Shown piece after piece: positions 38,832 to 48,043 of a stretch of DNA of 64,000 bases; the stretch's first letter is position 1, and the number at the start of each line of letters is the position of its first letter. Position numbers and translations under genes: made by a program. The DNA is from Candidatus Puniceispirillum sp. Lineage in GTDB: Bacteria; Pseudomonadota; Alphaproteobacteria; Caedimonadales; UBA1908. The notes beneath the pieces are model-generated. The model did not search any database. It saw only the letters and a program-made list of their open reading frames with translations, and was not told the origin of the DNA. The stretch is from the NCBI GenBank assembly GCA_013822015.1, contig PNJU01000004.1, positions 28,685 through 92,684 of the forward strand, given 5' to 3'.

Positions 38832-40639
38832 GTTCCTTTATAACGGTTATTAAGCACTTCCAACTGGGTAAAGGTATTTACCGAGGCAAAAAGGGAGAAG
38901 AAATGATTCAAAACAGAAGCAAAAACAAAAGCACCTATGTCGTGATAATCTTCCTCACCAAAGGTCAGGGTAATCTTAGTGCCTTGGGCAAATCCGCGCC
39001 ATGCGTCCACCCCAAAGCGTCGTGTGACAAGTGTGGTCGACATATCTGTAATGGCATCAAGCTCAGGAATTGTGCGCTCACGCTCAATGTTTGCATAAAG
39101 GCGAATGACCTCCTTAAGGGCGCGCAGGGCCCCCTCTCCCCCTGAAAGGGCAAGATGGTTTAGGCTGAGTTGCGAAATGAGGCGCCACTGGGTCTGACCG
39201 TCCCTGGGGGGATAAATTTGCTTTGTGGGGCGATCGAGGACAAAGATCCGTGTGACGGGAATTTTATCCTCTGCGTGCAGCTGTCCGCCCGACGGAATTT
39301 GCTCAGCGAGATTTCTGTTGGTGCACAGGCTCTTGGCAAAAATTGTGTGGGTCACGGGTTTGAGGGGCGTAAAATCAAAATCCACAAAGGACAGGTGCAT
39401 GTCTGTCCCTGTCATGCCCTGACGGTCTGTTTCCGTGCGCCGGGCGTGCCAGAAAGATTTGTGCCCTTTTTCCGATAGCTGGTGGTTATAGCTAAAGTAA
39501 GGCATGAATTTCTCGACCTCTTTTTCTTGATCAATGGCTGCACTGACCTCAAGAATAGAGTGAATTTCTGTGGTTTTTTCGGCCTTAAGATCGGGGATCA
39601 AACGGTATTCAACACTGCGATGATCCAGGCGAATGGGCTCAGTGATCTTATGGAAAAGATTAATGATGGGGGCGCAGTGAAGCAAGAAGTTCATGGCGCT
39701 GACGTCGCGGACATTTAAGGGAACTTCCTCACAAAAAGCAAAGTAAAGATCAATTTCCGACGCGTCTTGGGACAAAGATGGGTGGGCAACGTCCATGAAG
39801 AAGAACTTCTCAGGATAATGGAAGTATTCCATGAGGAGTCTATAACCTGGGTGCGCATGCTCTGGGAATGGGAGAATTGCTTCGTCTTGCTCAAAACCAA
39901 CGGGGCGTACACTTGAGGCGGGGATGTTTTGTACAAGGGGCCCAGGCGTAGGCACGGCCCCTTGAAGGACGACCTTCACGTCTTGTGCGAAAATGCCCTC
40001 ATAAAGCGCATTTTTCACCAAAGGGTTGCCCGCAATATGAAAACGCAGCTTTGTCAAACCCATGTCTTTAAAGGTGCCCGTGTGGGATTTAAGGCGAATA
40101 CGCAAGGTGCGTGAGGACCCAAGAGCCGCAGCCAAGGCGGTATCGAGGGTGCTTGTTTCCAATAGGGTGGCGTCTAGAACACTCACGGGCGCAAGTTCAA
40201 GGTCATAGCCCGTGCGAAAGGAACACACCTCACCCGTTGCTGCGCGGGAGAACACCTTTGCGTGCTTGGGCACCGTCAGGGGAGAGGTAATCTTGCCCTG
40301 ATTTTCAGGAAGCTCAAACTGTGCAATGGCAAAGGAGGGGATTGGTGCGACAAATTGTGGGTACAGGACTCCCAATAGCGCTTCCGTAAAACGCGGATAC
40401 TGATCGTCCGTATCATGCTGAAGTCTTGCTGTAAGATAGGCAAAGGACTCCAGAAGCCGCTCCACATGGGGATCGCTTGATTCAGCTGCCCCCACATCAA
40501 GACGCCTTGCGATTTTTGGGTACTCTTGGGCAAAGCGAGCGCCCGAGCGTCGCAAATAGGTGAGCTCCCGTTGGTAATAATCAAAGAAAGGGTCTAATTT
40601 TTGCACCGTTTCCTCCCTACTTTTCCAATAGTTTGCCAT
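38786..40639 (-). CDS. tssF: Type VI secretion system baseplate subunit TssF (ImpG/VasA)
   Basis: 617 aa. N-terminus is YYQRELTYLRRSGARFAQEYPKIARRL...DPHVERLLESFAYLTARLQ, colinear with TssF as I recall it. Confidence 0.9.
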   Translation of the reverse strand: MANYWKSREETVQKLDPFFDYYQRELTYLRRSGARFAQEYPKIARRLDVGAAESSDPHVERLLESFAYLTARLQHDTDDQYPRFTEALLGVLYPQFVAPIPSFAIAQFELPENQGKITSPLTVPKHAKVFSRAATGEVCSFRTGYDLELAPVSVLDATLLETSTLDTALAAALGSSRTLRIRLKSHTGTFKDMGLTKLRFHIAGNPLVKNALYEGIFAQDVKVVLQGAVPTPGPLVQNIPASSVRPVGFEQDEAILPFPEHAHPGYRLLMEYFHYPEKFFFMDVAHPSLSQDASEIDLYFAFCEEVPLNVRDVSAMNFLLHCAPIINLFHKITEPIRLDHRSVEYRLIPDLKAEKTTEIHSILEVSAAIDQEKEVEKFMPYFSYNHQLSEKGHKSFWHARRTETDRQGMTGTDMHLSFVDFDFTPLKPVTHTIFAKSLCTNRNLAEQIPSGGQLHAEDKIPVTRIFVLDRPTKQIYPPRDGQTQWRLISQLSLNHLALSGGEGALRALKEVIRLYANIERERTIPELDAITDMSTTLVTRRFGVDAWRGFAQGTKITLTFGEEDYHDIGAFVFASVLNHFFSLFASVNTFTQLEVLNNRYKGTWKTWKPTAGNRVLV

Positions 40640-40736
40640 AAGAAAGGTCCCCGTACTAGAGACTTGATGGAGGCGCAGACATACGTGGCCTCTAAGGCAG
40701 CCTTTTTATGAAGGTGCGCCTTGGTATTTAAAGACC

Positions 40737-41798
40737 TTAGAAGCTGGACCGTGAAAGAAAGTCCACGGCTGTTTGGAGGTCCCAAGTTTTGTCCTCAAGG
40801 GACTGTGTTAAAAGAGATTCGAGTCCCATACATACGCTGTGTTTAGACACTTTTTCACCAATGCGGAAAGAGGCATAAGCCTTGTCTTCCAGAAAATCTG
40901 TCACAATGCGCCTTTGGTCATCCCACAGGGCAAGATGCAGCTTTTGCGCAGGGGTGATGTGGCCAAGAATGAGGTTTTGAGCCAGAAAAAGACTTGCCTG
41001 CCTTGCTTTGTTTCTGTTGTCGCAATAAATGACGCCTAAGGAAAAGGTGAAGCCGTCTCTTCCCGCCTGAAATTCAATGCCATCCCTTGAAAAACAGTGA
41101 CTTCGTTCAAAGGATATCCCCGCGTCTTCAAGGCATTTACGTGTGTAGAGTATATTGGCTTGAGCATAGGGGCGATTTGTGAGGCCTACAATTTGGTAAC
41201 CGGCTTCACGAAGTCGCGTGAGGTGGTTTTGGATACCATCTTCCATGGTTTCGCGTGTTTCAAAAAATAAGGGGTTTTTAAAATGATCCACATGGGGGCT
41301 GCCCAATAAGCGGCTGATATTGTTTAATTCAGACGTCTCAAGGGCAGGTATTTTGAAAGTCTTTCCTTTTTGGCGTGCAAGCTCTTCAAATCTCCCATAC
41401 CCACTTTGGGAGACGGCTTTTTCCACGAGATTTCTATCCTGCAAGAATCTTGTTTTCCAAAAACGCCCCGCCCCTTCAAAAAAGAGGGTTTCATCTAAGT
41501 CGACAAAAAGCACCTTCAAGTCTGCGTCTTCGGGCGTATGCGCGAGCGTCACATTTGTTGCGTCTTCCACAGAAAATGCAACGGACACGCGCGCGGGTGA
41601 GGCGTGGGTCCCGCGATCCGTTGCAACAGCACTTAAGATGTTATCACAAATAGATTTCTTCAGTGAGGGATCGATGTAGCCCAGGATCGTTCTTTGATAA
41701 TTTCTCAAATGCAGTCGCTCTTCTTCCTCCACGCCGCTTGTGCCATAAATAGCCGTATGCCCAAAGGTCATTAGGAGAGTGATTATGAGTGCTCTCAT
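40737..41798 (-). CDS. Exported HAD-superfamily-like hydrolase (DUF2608-like), hypothetical
   Basis: 353 aa with a signal peptide, HAD motif I (FVDLDETLF), motif II-like VGLTNR, and a late WDDQ acidic motif. Lies 97 nt upstream of tssF on the same strand. Confidence 0.6.
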   Translation of the reverse strand: MRALIITLLMTFGHTAIYGTSGVEEEERLHLRNYQRTILGYIDPSLKKSICDNILSAVATDRGTHASPARVSVAFSVEDATNVTLAHTPEDADLKVLFVDLDETLFFEGAGRFWKTRFLQDRNLVEKAVSQSGYGRFEELARQKGKTFKIPALETSELNNISRLLGSPHVDHFKNPLFFETRETMEDGIQNHLTRLREAGYQIVGLTNRPYAQANILYTRKCLEDAGISFERSHCFSRDGIEFQAGRDGFTFSLGVIYCDNRNKARQASLFLAQNLILGHITPAQKLHLALWDDQRRIVTDFLEDKAYASFRIGEKVSKHSVCMGLESLLTQSLEDKTWDLQTAVDFLSRSSF

Positions 41799-41920
41799 GG
41801 GGTTAACCTCACGTTAAAAGACATCTCCCTCTACCTTAATTTGTACACAGGGACAATAGGGACGGCACAAAGGGGATTTGTTTTGACCGAAGACGTACTT
41901 CCTTAATCGTCAAAAAATAA

Positions 41921-41951
41921 TTGACTCTTAGAAAATAATAAAGCGTATAAT
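41921..41951 (+). promoter_or_regulatory. Sigma-70-like promoter for the 41977 gene
   Basis: TTGACT (41921-41926) and a perfect TATAAT (41946-41951). The 19-nt spacer is long. A GGGAGGA ribosome-binding site lies at 41966-41972. Confidence 0.35.
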
Positions 41952-41976
41952 TGCTGTGAGAACACGGGAGGAAGTC

Positions 41977-43101
41977 ATGATAAGAAACATTATACTTCAA
42001 TTGTCTATTTTGTGTGTAACAGGACCTTTGTGGGCAAGTGCCATGGGCGGAGACACTTTACCTACTGATATAGAAGAGCCCAGTGATCACGCTTTACAGC
42101 GCACAGTTGCCGACGTTTTGGCGCGCGATCCCCATGCGGATGTCAGCGACCTTATGCCGCGTGAGGTATCTTCTCAAGGAGTGTCTTCTTCCGTTCCCAT
42201 TGTCGTGACCTTTCAAACCACCGTAAGCGATGAGGAGTTCGCCAGAGAGCTTGATCGTCAACTGAATATGGAGCCGGCTCGTGACGCGCTGGACGAGAGT
42301 GACGCGACCCTTGCGCGGGCGCTTCAAGAGCTTGAGCCGCCCACAGTATTGTCTCCCCTGGTCACACCAGCGGCTGCGCATGTAAGTTCACAAGAGCCCC
42401 AGAGTGATGAGGTGCTGGCCAGGCATCTTGAGGGCACCTTAAACGGGGAACCAAGTGGTGATACACAAGAAGAGGGTGATGCGGCCCTTGCGCGCGCGCT
42501 TCAAGAACTAGAGGCGCCGCTCATGCTAGAGATGCGCTTAGAGGAGGGCGACAAAGCGCCCTACGCAGCCATGCGCCGTGATTTTTTTGCCATTCAACAC
42601 GGTCAGGACGTCCATGCCATGACGCGGGCTTTTGCAAAGGCCCATTACGGATTCCTTAAAAGCATTGAAGAGAAGTATTTTGGTTACACAAAGGATTTGG
42701 ACGCGCTACGCATCGCACATGGGCGTGATCTGTTTCTTGAGGACTGTAAAACAGATGCAAAAGCTGAGCATTTGAGTTCCGATGCCTTTAAAACAAAAAC
42801 CGCTCTCATGATGGGGCTCCTTGAGGGGAAAAAGGGTTTGTGGATGCCAGGGGCGCAGGACGTGGACGGGGAAACGGGTCTGTCTCTTCGTGAAGTCTTC
42901 GCCCGGGTTTATCTTTTTGCCCTACGGCGCGATGACGCGCAAGCGGCAGCCTTCTTTGCGCGTCACGGGGAGACGCGCCCACATTTAGAGAATTTTGGAT
43001 TTTTCTGCGACAAGCTCGCTGAAAACGTGAGCGAAGGTGGCGGATGCCACGCGGGCATCACCGGGCGTTTGGTGTACACTTTTGCCTACTTTTTAACATA
43101 G
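41977..43101 (+). CDS. Hypothetical exported protein with a tandem 59-aa repeat carrying MIU/UIM-like helices
   Basis: 374 aa from the ATG at 41977, with a signal/TM segment ILQLSILCVTGPLWASA. There are two 177-bp repeats. No family is recognised for the C-terminal domain. Confidence 0.65.
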   Translation: MIRNIILQLSILCVTGPLWASAMGGDTLPTDIEEPSDHALQRTVADVLARDPHADVSDLMPREVSSQGVSSSVPIVVTFQTTVSDEEFARELDRQLNMEPARDALDESDATLARALQELEPPTVLSPLVTPAAAHVSSQEPQSDEVLARHLEGTLNGEPSGDTQEEGDAALARALQELEAPLMLEMRLEEGDKAPYAAMRRDFFAIQHGQDVHAMTRAFAKAHYGFLKSIEEKYFGYTKDLDALRIAHGRDLFLEDCKTDAKAEHLSSDAFKTKTALMMGLLEGKKGLWMPGAQDVDGETGLSLREVFARVYLFALRRDDAQAAAFFARHGETRPHLENFGFFCDKLAENVSEGGGCHAGITGRLVYTFAYFLT

Positions 43102-43179
43102 GGTGCGTCTCCCCTTGTGGGGTGTGGGAAAGTCTGTTTACACTGGCGGCCATGACACGACTTAGGAGAACCGGTTATC

Positions 43180-43905
43180 ATGTCGACGCCTTGTGACAAA
43201 CTTGCCCAGGCTTACCATTTGGCGGCCGCCCTGAAGCTTGATGATACGATTTTTACCCACATATCCGTGAAGGAAGGGGAGCAGTTTTTCCTTCCCCCCT
43301 TTGGCGTGTTGTTTGAGGAGGTGACTCCTTCCTGCCTTGAGGGGCTTTCACTTGACGCGGACCACGGATCCACAAATTTAGCCGGCGCCATTCTCCACGG
43401 CGCCGTTTACAAGGCGCGCCCTGATGTGGGGGCTGTTGTCCATTTCCACAGCCCCTTTGCCCTGGCCGTGTCATGCCTTAAAGGGGGGCTCGCGTTTATT
43501 TCCCAGTTCTCCATGCTCTTTTACGGGCGCATTGGATACCACGCGTTTGAAGGGATATCCCTTGACCGGGACGAGCAATCGCGTCTTGGGGAAAGCCTTG
43601 GGAATCACAAAGCGCTTCTTTTACACAATCATGGTCTTCTAACGGTGGCGCCCACACTGCCGGAGGCCTTTATGCTGGCGTATTATTTGGAGCGTTCCTG
43701 TGAGGTGCAACTTTTGGCTCGGCAAGGGGGAGAGGAACTCATCGAGCCCTCCCGGGATGTATGTGAGCATACGGCTGCCCAGTTTGAGGGGCCTGAGCGC
43801 GCGTCTCTTACAAAAGCCTATGACGCTTTACTGAGGCGCGCCCGGCGCCAAGGCTTCTTGGAGTTTGAGCAGATCAAGCCAAGCCAAACGCTTTTGGCCG
43901 GGTGA
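43180..43905 (+). CDS. Class II aldolase/adducin-family protein
   Basis: 241 aa with the metal-binding VVHFHSP motif and family-typical length. Confidence 0.85.
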   Translation: MSTPCDKLAQAYHLAAALKLDDTIFTHISVKEGEQFFLPPFGVLFEEVTPSCLEGLSLDADHGSTNLAGAILHGAVYKARPDVGAVVHFHSPFALAVSCLKGGLAFISQFSMLFYGRIGYHAFEGISLDRDEQSRLGESLGNHKALLLHNHGLLTVAPTLPEAFMLAYYLERSCEVQLLARQGGEELIEPSRDVCEHTAAQFEGPERASLTKAYDALLRRARRQGFLEFEQIKPSQTLLAG

Positions 43906-44667
43906 GCGCAGCAAATAAGCGGGGTGAAACAGCACGCATGTGGGAATGGGCGCCTCAAGTCCGGGGCAAGCGTAGCTATGCCACCGGGTGCGCAGGGTCA
44001 TGATCCCTTCTTTGGTTTCCAGGAGTGTCTTGGCGGCCGTACCCCCCAGCAGCACCAGAAAGCGCGGTTTGACCAAGGCAATGTGCCGCTGAATAAAGGG
44101 CAGACACAGGGACGTTTCCAAGGGACTCGGCTGGCGATTACCCGGTGGGCGCCAGGGGATGATGTTGCTGATATAGACGTTCTTTTGCCGTGTGAGGCCA
44201 ATGGCGCTAAGCATTTTATCCAGAAGCTGGCCACTGACCCCCACAAAGGGAAGCCCCTGACGGTCCTCATCAGCCCCCGGTGCCTCCCCTACACACATGA
44301 CGTCTGGAGAGCATGCATTGCCCATGCCAAAAACTGTGTGGGTGGCTGTTTGTTTGAGTTCGCACCCGTCAAAGGCCTCCATGAGGGCGCGCAGCTCTTC
44401 AAGGGTGGCGGCTTTCGATGGATCGGGGGCTTTTGTGGAAAAGGAGGGCACTGCCCTAAAGGGCATGGCCTGATGGTGTGTCTCACCCAGCGGCGCAGAC
44501 GTGCGCGCCGTGGGGGGAGGGGTCTGCATCTGTGGCGCACGAAAAACAAAGGCTTCTTTTTGAAAGGTGCGCTTATCTTGAGGGGTCAGGCTCAAGCTTT
44601 CGTCAAGACCCCACAAGGCTTGGAGTGACAGGGCTTCATAAGGAAAAGGCTCCTTATCCCGTGACAC
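43828..44667 (-). CDS. Uracil-DNA glycosylase, family 4, with N-terminal extension
   Basis: 279 aa with [23 protein letters not shown] and HPAYLLR motifs. Confidence 0.85.
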   Translation of the reverse strand: MSRDKEPFPYEALSLQALWGLDESLSLTPQDKRTFQKEAFVFRAPQMQTPPPTARTSAPLGETHHQAMPFRAVPSFSTKAPDPSKAATLEELRALMEAFDGCELKQTATHTVFGMGNACSPDVMCVGEAPGADEDRQGLPFVGVSGQLLDKMLSAIGLTRQKNVYISNIIPWRPPGNRQPSPLETSLCLPFIQRHIALVKPRFLVLLGGTAAKTLLETKEGIMTLRTRWHSYACPGLEAPIPTCVLFHPAYLLRSPGQKRLAWLDLLKLQEALAPGAPQ

Positions 44668-44670
44668 GGA

Positions 44671-45213
44671 TTAATCCCAAAAACGCTTGGCAATCTCTTC
44701 CACAATAATGTCACAGGTGACATCGGGGACCCGGTTGTCACAGTCAACGCGGAAATCAGCCTTCTCATAAAGTGGGTAGTACTCGGAAATATAACGCTCG
44801 AGTGTCTCCTTTTTATCGCCTGTTTCCAGCTGAGGACGGTGTGAGCGGCCCACAACACGGGGATAAAGGGTCTCAAAAGACGCATAGAGCCACACGGAAA
44901 AAGACCCGTTCAAGATGAGCTCACGGGTTTCCTCGTCGATGAAGGTCTCAACGCCTGTGGAAATTACGTGGGGCTCTTCGCTCAAGAGGCGCGTGACAAC
45001 GCGGCGCTCGGTGTCGCGAAACGCTTTTTCCCCGTACCAGTTGTAGATATCAGACACGCTGCAGCCTGCCGCTTTTTCAACTTCTTGGTCGGAATCTTTA
45101 AAGTCAACGCTCAGGCGCTTGGCAAGTTTGCGACCGACGCTTGTCTTACCTACACCCATCATGCCAACCAAAACCACCGACTTGGGCAGCTTCGTTAGAC
45201 CTAACATAGCCAT
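44671..45213 (-). CDS. aroK: Shikimate kinase
   Basis: P-loop VGMMGVGKTSVGRKLA. The ATG at 45213 is preferred over the upstream start at 45279. Confidence 0.88.
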   Translation of the reverse strand: MAMLGLTKLPKSVVLVGMMGVGKTSVGRKLAKRLSVDFKDSDQEVEKAAGCSVSDIYNWYGEKAFRDTERRVVTRLLSEEPHVISTGVETFIDEETRELILNGSFSVWLYASFETLYPRVVGRSHRPQLETGDKKETLERYISEYYPLYEKADFRVDCDNRVPDVTCDIIVEEIAKRFWD

Positions 45214-45328
45214 TGGTTCTCGTTTCCTAGTCTTAAATAGAATCTTGACACAGACGGCGCTCACCATCTTCCATGTCATTCAGTTATCATATACTGTGGC
45301 CCAAGATGCAAGAGGGAGTTGTAAAAAG

Positions 45329-45472
45329 ATGACAGCGACGATGAAAATGTTATGGGGTATTTTGGCCCTTGCTTTGGTGGCCGCCCTGGTGATTTTGTCC
45401 ATGTGGAATATTCCAGCGCCGTCGGGTGAGGTGCGCAAGGTGATTACAGTGAAGGATTTGGGGCGCCCTTGA
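45329..45472 (+). CDS. Small single-pass membrane protein (47 aa), hypothetical
   Basis: GGGAG ribosome-binding site 11 nt upstream; hydrophobic core WGILALALVAALVILSMW; stop abuts the xerD start. Confidence 0.3.
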   Translation: MTATMKMLWGILALALVAALVILSMWNIPAPSGEVRKVITVKDLGRP

Positions 45473-45474
45473 AG

Positions 45475-46416
45475 ATGGAGGCGCTGCCCACCCTTTTGGC
45501 ACAGCTTACTCTTTTTTTAGAGATGATGGTGGCAAACAAGGGCGCGGCCGCCCATACATGTGAGAGTTACCGGCGGGACCTCATCCATTTTTTTGAGATA
45601 AGTGGCGCAAAATCCCCAGGTGATTTGGAGACAAAGAGGGTCACAGATTTTTTGGCATGCCTAGCGGAAAAGGGTTACGCTCCATCTTCCCGCGCACGCA
45701 AGATGTCGAGTTTGCGTCAATTTTGCCGGTTTTTAGTCCTTGAAGGTGTCCTAACCCAAGATCCCACACGCTTGCTTGAGGCGCCGCGGCGCGCCCGTCC
45801 CTTACCGAAGATCGTCTATGAAGCAGAGATGCAAGATCTTTTGCGCACGGCCCACGCAGGCGATGAACCTGCTGACAAGCGTCTTGCCCTTTTCTTAGAG
45901 CTCCTTTACGCCACCGGCCTGCGGGTGAGTGAGCTCATTACACTGCCCGTGCAACCCTTTGTACGCCTGAAAGAGGCGCGTGTACTCAGTGTCATTCCTG
46001 TCATGGGAAAGGGCAAGAAGGAGCGTCTCATTCCCCTTCCTCCCCAAGTATTGGACGCCGTGCGCGCGTATTTGCCCGTGCGGGGATCCTTTATCACCCA
46101 TGGGGATAGCCCATGGCTTTTTCCCTCTCCTTCGGCGGCTGGGCATATCACGCGCCAACGGGTGAATCAGCTCATTAAAGATCTGTGCGTGCGCGCAGGC
46201 CTGGATGCAACAAAGGTGTCGGCCCACGTGCTGCGCCACGCCTTTGCAACGCACCTTTTGAGCCACGGGGCTGATTTGGTCAGCGTGCAAAAACTCCTGG
46301 GGCACGCAGATTTGGGCACAACTCAAATTTATACCCATGTGATGGGCGACCACCTGCAAGAATTTATCCAGGCCCATCATCCCCTTAACAGGCAAGATAC
46401 CAAGACAGACGCATAA
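45475..46416 (+). CDS. xerD: Tyrosine recombinase XerD
   Basis: HVLRHAFATHLLSHGADLVSVQKLLGHADLGTTQIYTHV. The ATG at 45475 is preferred to the TTG at 45469. Confidence 0.85.
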   Translation: MEALPTLLAQLTLFLEMMVANKGAAAHTCESYRRDLIHFFEISGAKSPGDLETKRVTDFLACLAEKGYAPSSRARKMSSLRQFCRFLVLEGVLTQDPTRLLEAPRRARPLPKIVYEAEMQDLLRTAHAGDEPADKRLALFLELLYATGLRVSELITLPVQPFVRLKEARVLSVIPVMGKGKKERLIPLPPQVLDAVRAYLPVRGSFITHGDSPWLFPSPSAAGHITRQRVNQLIKDLCVRAGLDATKVSAHVLRHAFATHLLSHGADLVSVQKLLGHADLGTTQIYTHVMGDHLQEFIQAHHPLNRQDTKTDA

Positions 46417-46493
46417 GCCATGGACGCGCGCGCCAACTCAGTATATGAATGGAGGATCCCTTTGGTTGAGATGAGTGTGACGGGGTATTTTCT

Positions 46494-47885
46494 TTGACAA
46501 CACGGACCTATGTGCGCTGGACCTCCGGCGCCCTATGCCTGATAATTGCTTGTGCCATCGCCGTGACGGATTATTATCGTCACAGGGAGGTCGCTCAGCT
46601 CACGCCTGCTCCGCCAGCGCCCCCACCCCCACCTGTGAAGGTTGTTGAGGAAGAGGTTGAGCCCACGGGTCCTGTGGATGAAACTCTCCAAGTCCTTAAG
46701 GGGGACACCCTCTCCAGCGTCCTTTTGCGCGCCAAAATTGACCCAACCCAAGTCCATGACGCCGTGGAGGCGCTCACAAAAGTCTTCAATGCCAAAGACT
46801 TGCGCCCAGATCATCAGCTGTTTGTGACCTACATGCCTCCCAAAGAAAAGGGAGGGGATAGGGATCTTCTAAGCCTTTACATTCGCCCCTCCATAGAGTG
46901 CGAGATTACTGTGGAAAAAGGGGATGATGGGTCATACAGTGCCCAAAAAGAGGTCAAAAAGCTCATCAAGACGACCCAGATCGCCAAGGGTGAGATTAAA
47001 GAGAGTCTCTTTTTAGATGCAAAGAAACTCAAAGTCCCGCCCAAGGTCATCACCGAAATGGTGAAGGTCCTCAGCCATGATGTGGACTTCCAGCGAGACT
47101 TTCACCCTGGGGACACCTTTGGACTTGTGTACGATACGGAAAAAGACCCCGAGGGGCTTTTGGAGCGTCCGGGGCAATTGTCCTTTGTCTATTTGAAGCT
47201 GAAGGATAAGGAGCTGCGTTTTTATAACTTTAAACCCCGCAACAGCCCGCCTGGCTACTATGATCTAAAGGGCTCAAGCACGCGTAAGGGACTACTACGT
47301 ACCCCTGTGGACGGTGCGCGTCTTTCCTCCGGCTTTGGCAGCCGTCGCCATCCGGTCCTTGGGTACCGCAAGGACCATAAGGGTGTGGATTTTGCCGCGC
47401 CCATTGGGACCCCTGTCATGTCCGCAGGTGACGGTGTCGTGGAAAAAGTGGGGCCATTTAGCAGCTATGGAAACTATATCCGCGTGCGCCACAATAGTGA
47501 AATTTCAACGGCCTATGCGCACCTCAGCCGCTTTGCCACGGGTCTTCGTCCAGGTAAGGCTGTGCGCCAGGGGCAGATTATTGGATACATTGGGATGACG
47601 GGACGTACCACGGGGCCACACCTTCATTACGAACTCATCCGTTTTGGTAAGCAAGTGGATCCAAAGCACGTCAAAACCATGCCAGCGGGCAAGCTGGGTG
47701 GGGCCGATCTGTCCGCCTTTAAGGCGCTTGTGGCCAGTATCAATAAGCGCTTTGAAGCGTACAAGCCCCCTGTGCAGCCAGCGGAAGAGCCCGATGATGC
47801 TGACGCCTCCACCCCAACGCCTGCAACGGAGAATGATGTGCCAACATCGGACGAGCTTCAAAAAGCGGATAGTAAAAAGGTGTGA
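46494..47885 (+). CDS. M23-family peptidoglycan endopeptidase
   Basis: 463 aa with an N-terminal TM segment, a Pro-rich linker, HKGVDFAAPIGTPV and GMTGRTTGPHLHYE. Confidence 0.88.
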   Translation: MTTRTYVRWTSGALCLIIACAIAVTDYYRHREVAQLTPAPPAPPPPPVKVVEEEVEPTGPVDETLQVLKGDTLSSVLLRAKIDPTQVHDAVEALTKVFNAKDLRPDHQLFVTYMPPKEKGGDRDLLSLYIRPSIECEITVEKGDDGSYSAQKEVKKLIKTTQIAKGEIKESLFLDAKKLKVPPKVITEMVKVLSHDVDFQRDFHPGDTFGLVYDTEKDPEGLLERPGQLSFVYLKLKDKELRFYNFKPRNSPPGYYDLKGSSTRKGLLRTPVDGARLSSGFGSRRHPVLGYRKDHKGVDFAAPIGTPVMSAGDGVVEKVGPFSSYGNYIRVRHNSEISTAYAHLSRFATGLRPGKAVRQGQIIGYIGMTGRTTGPHLHYELIRFGKQVDPKHVKTMPAGKLGGADLSAFKALVASINKRFEAYKPPVQPAEEPDDADASTPTPATENDVPTSDELQKADSKKV

Positions 47886-47892
47886 TGGGAGT

Positions 47893-47969
47893 GGCGCGCC
47901 CTGCAGGATTCGAACCTGCGACACTCGGCTTAGAAGGCCGATGCTCTATCCAGCTGAGCTAAGGGCGCG
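47893..47969 (-). tRNA. tRNA-Arg (anticodon UCU)
   Basis: Manual cloverleaf on the minus strand: acceptor GCGCCCT/AGGGCGC, anticodon loop CTTCTAA, T-loop TTCGAAT, encoded CCA. Confidence 0.95.
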
Positions 47970-48043
47970 TGAGGCATACTCTATCCCAAACGTGCCTTTT
48001 GGTAAAGACTCATGCGTAGAAATGTGAGCCCTCTTTGCGTCGT

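Noticed and set aside
43924-44628. 234-aa ORF on the + strand
   Set aside because: It is antisense to the family-4 UDG gene, whose GEAPG...PFVG and HPAYLLR motifs are unambiguous.
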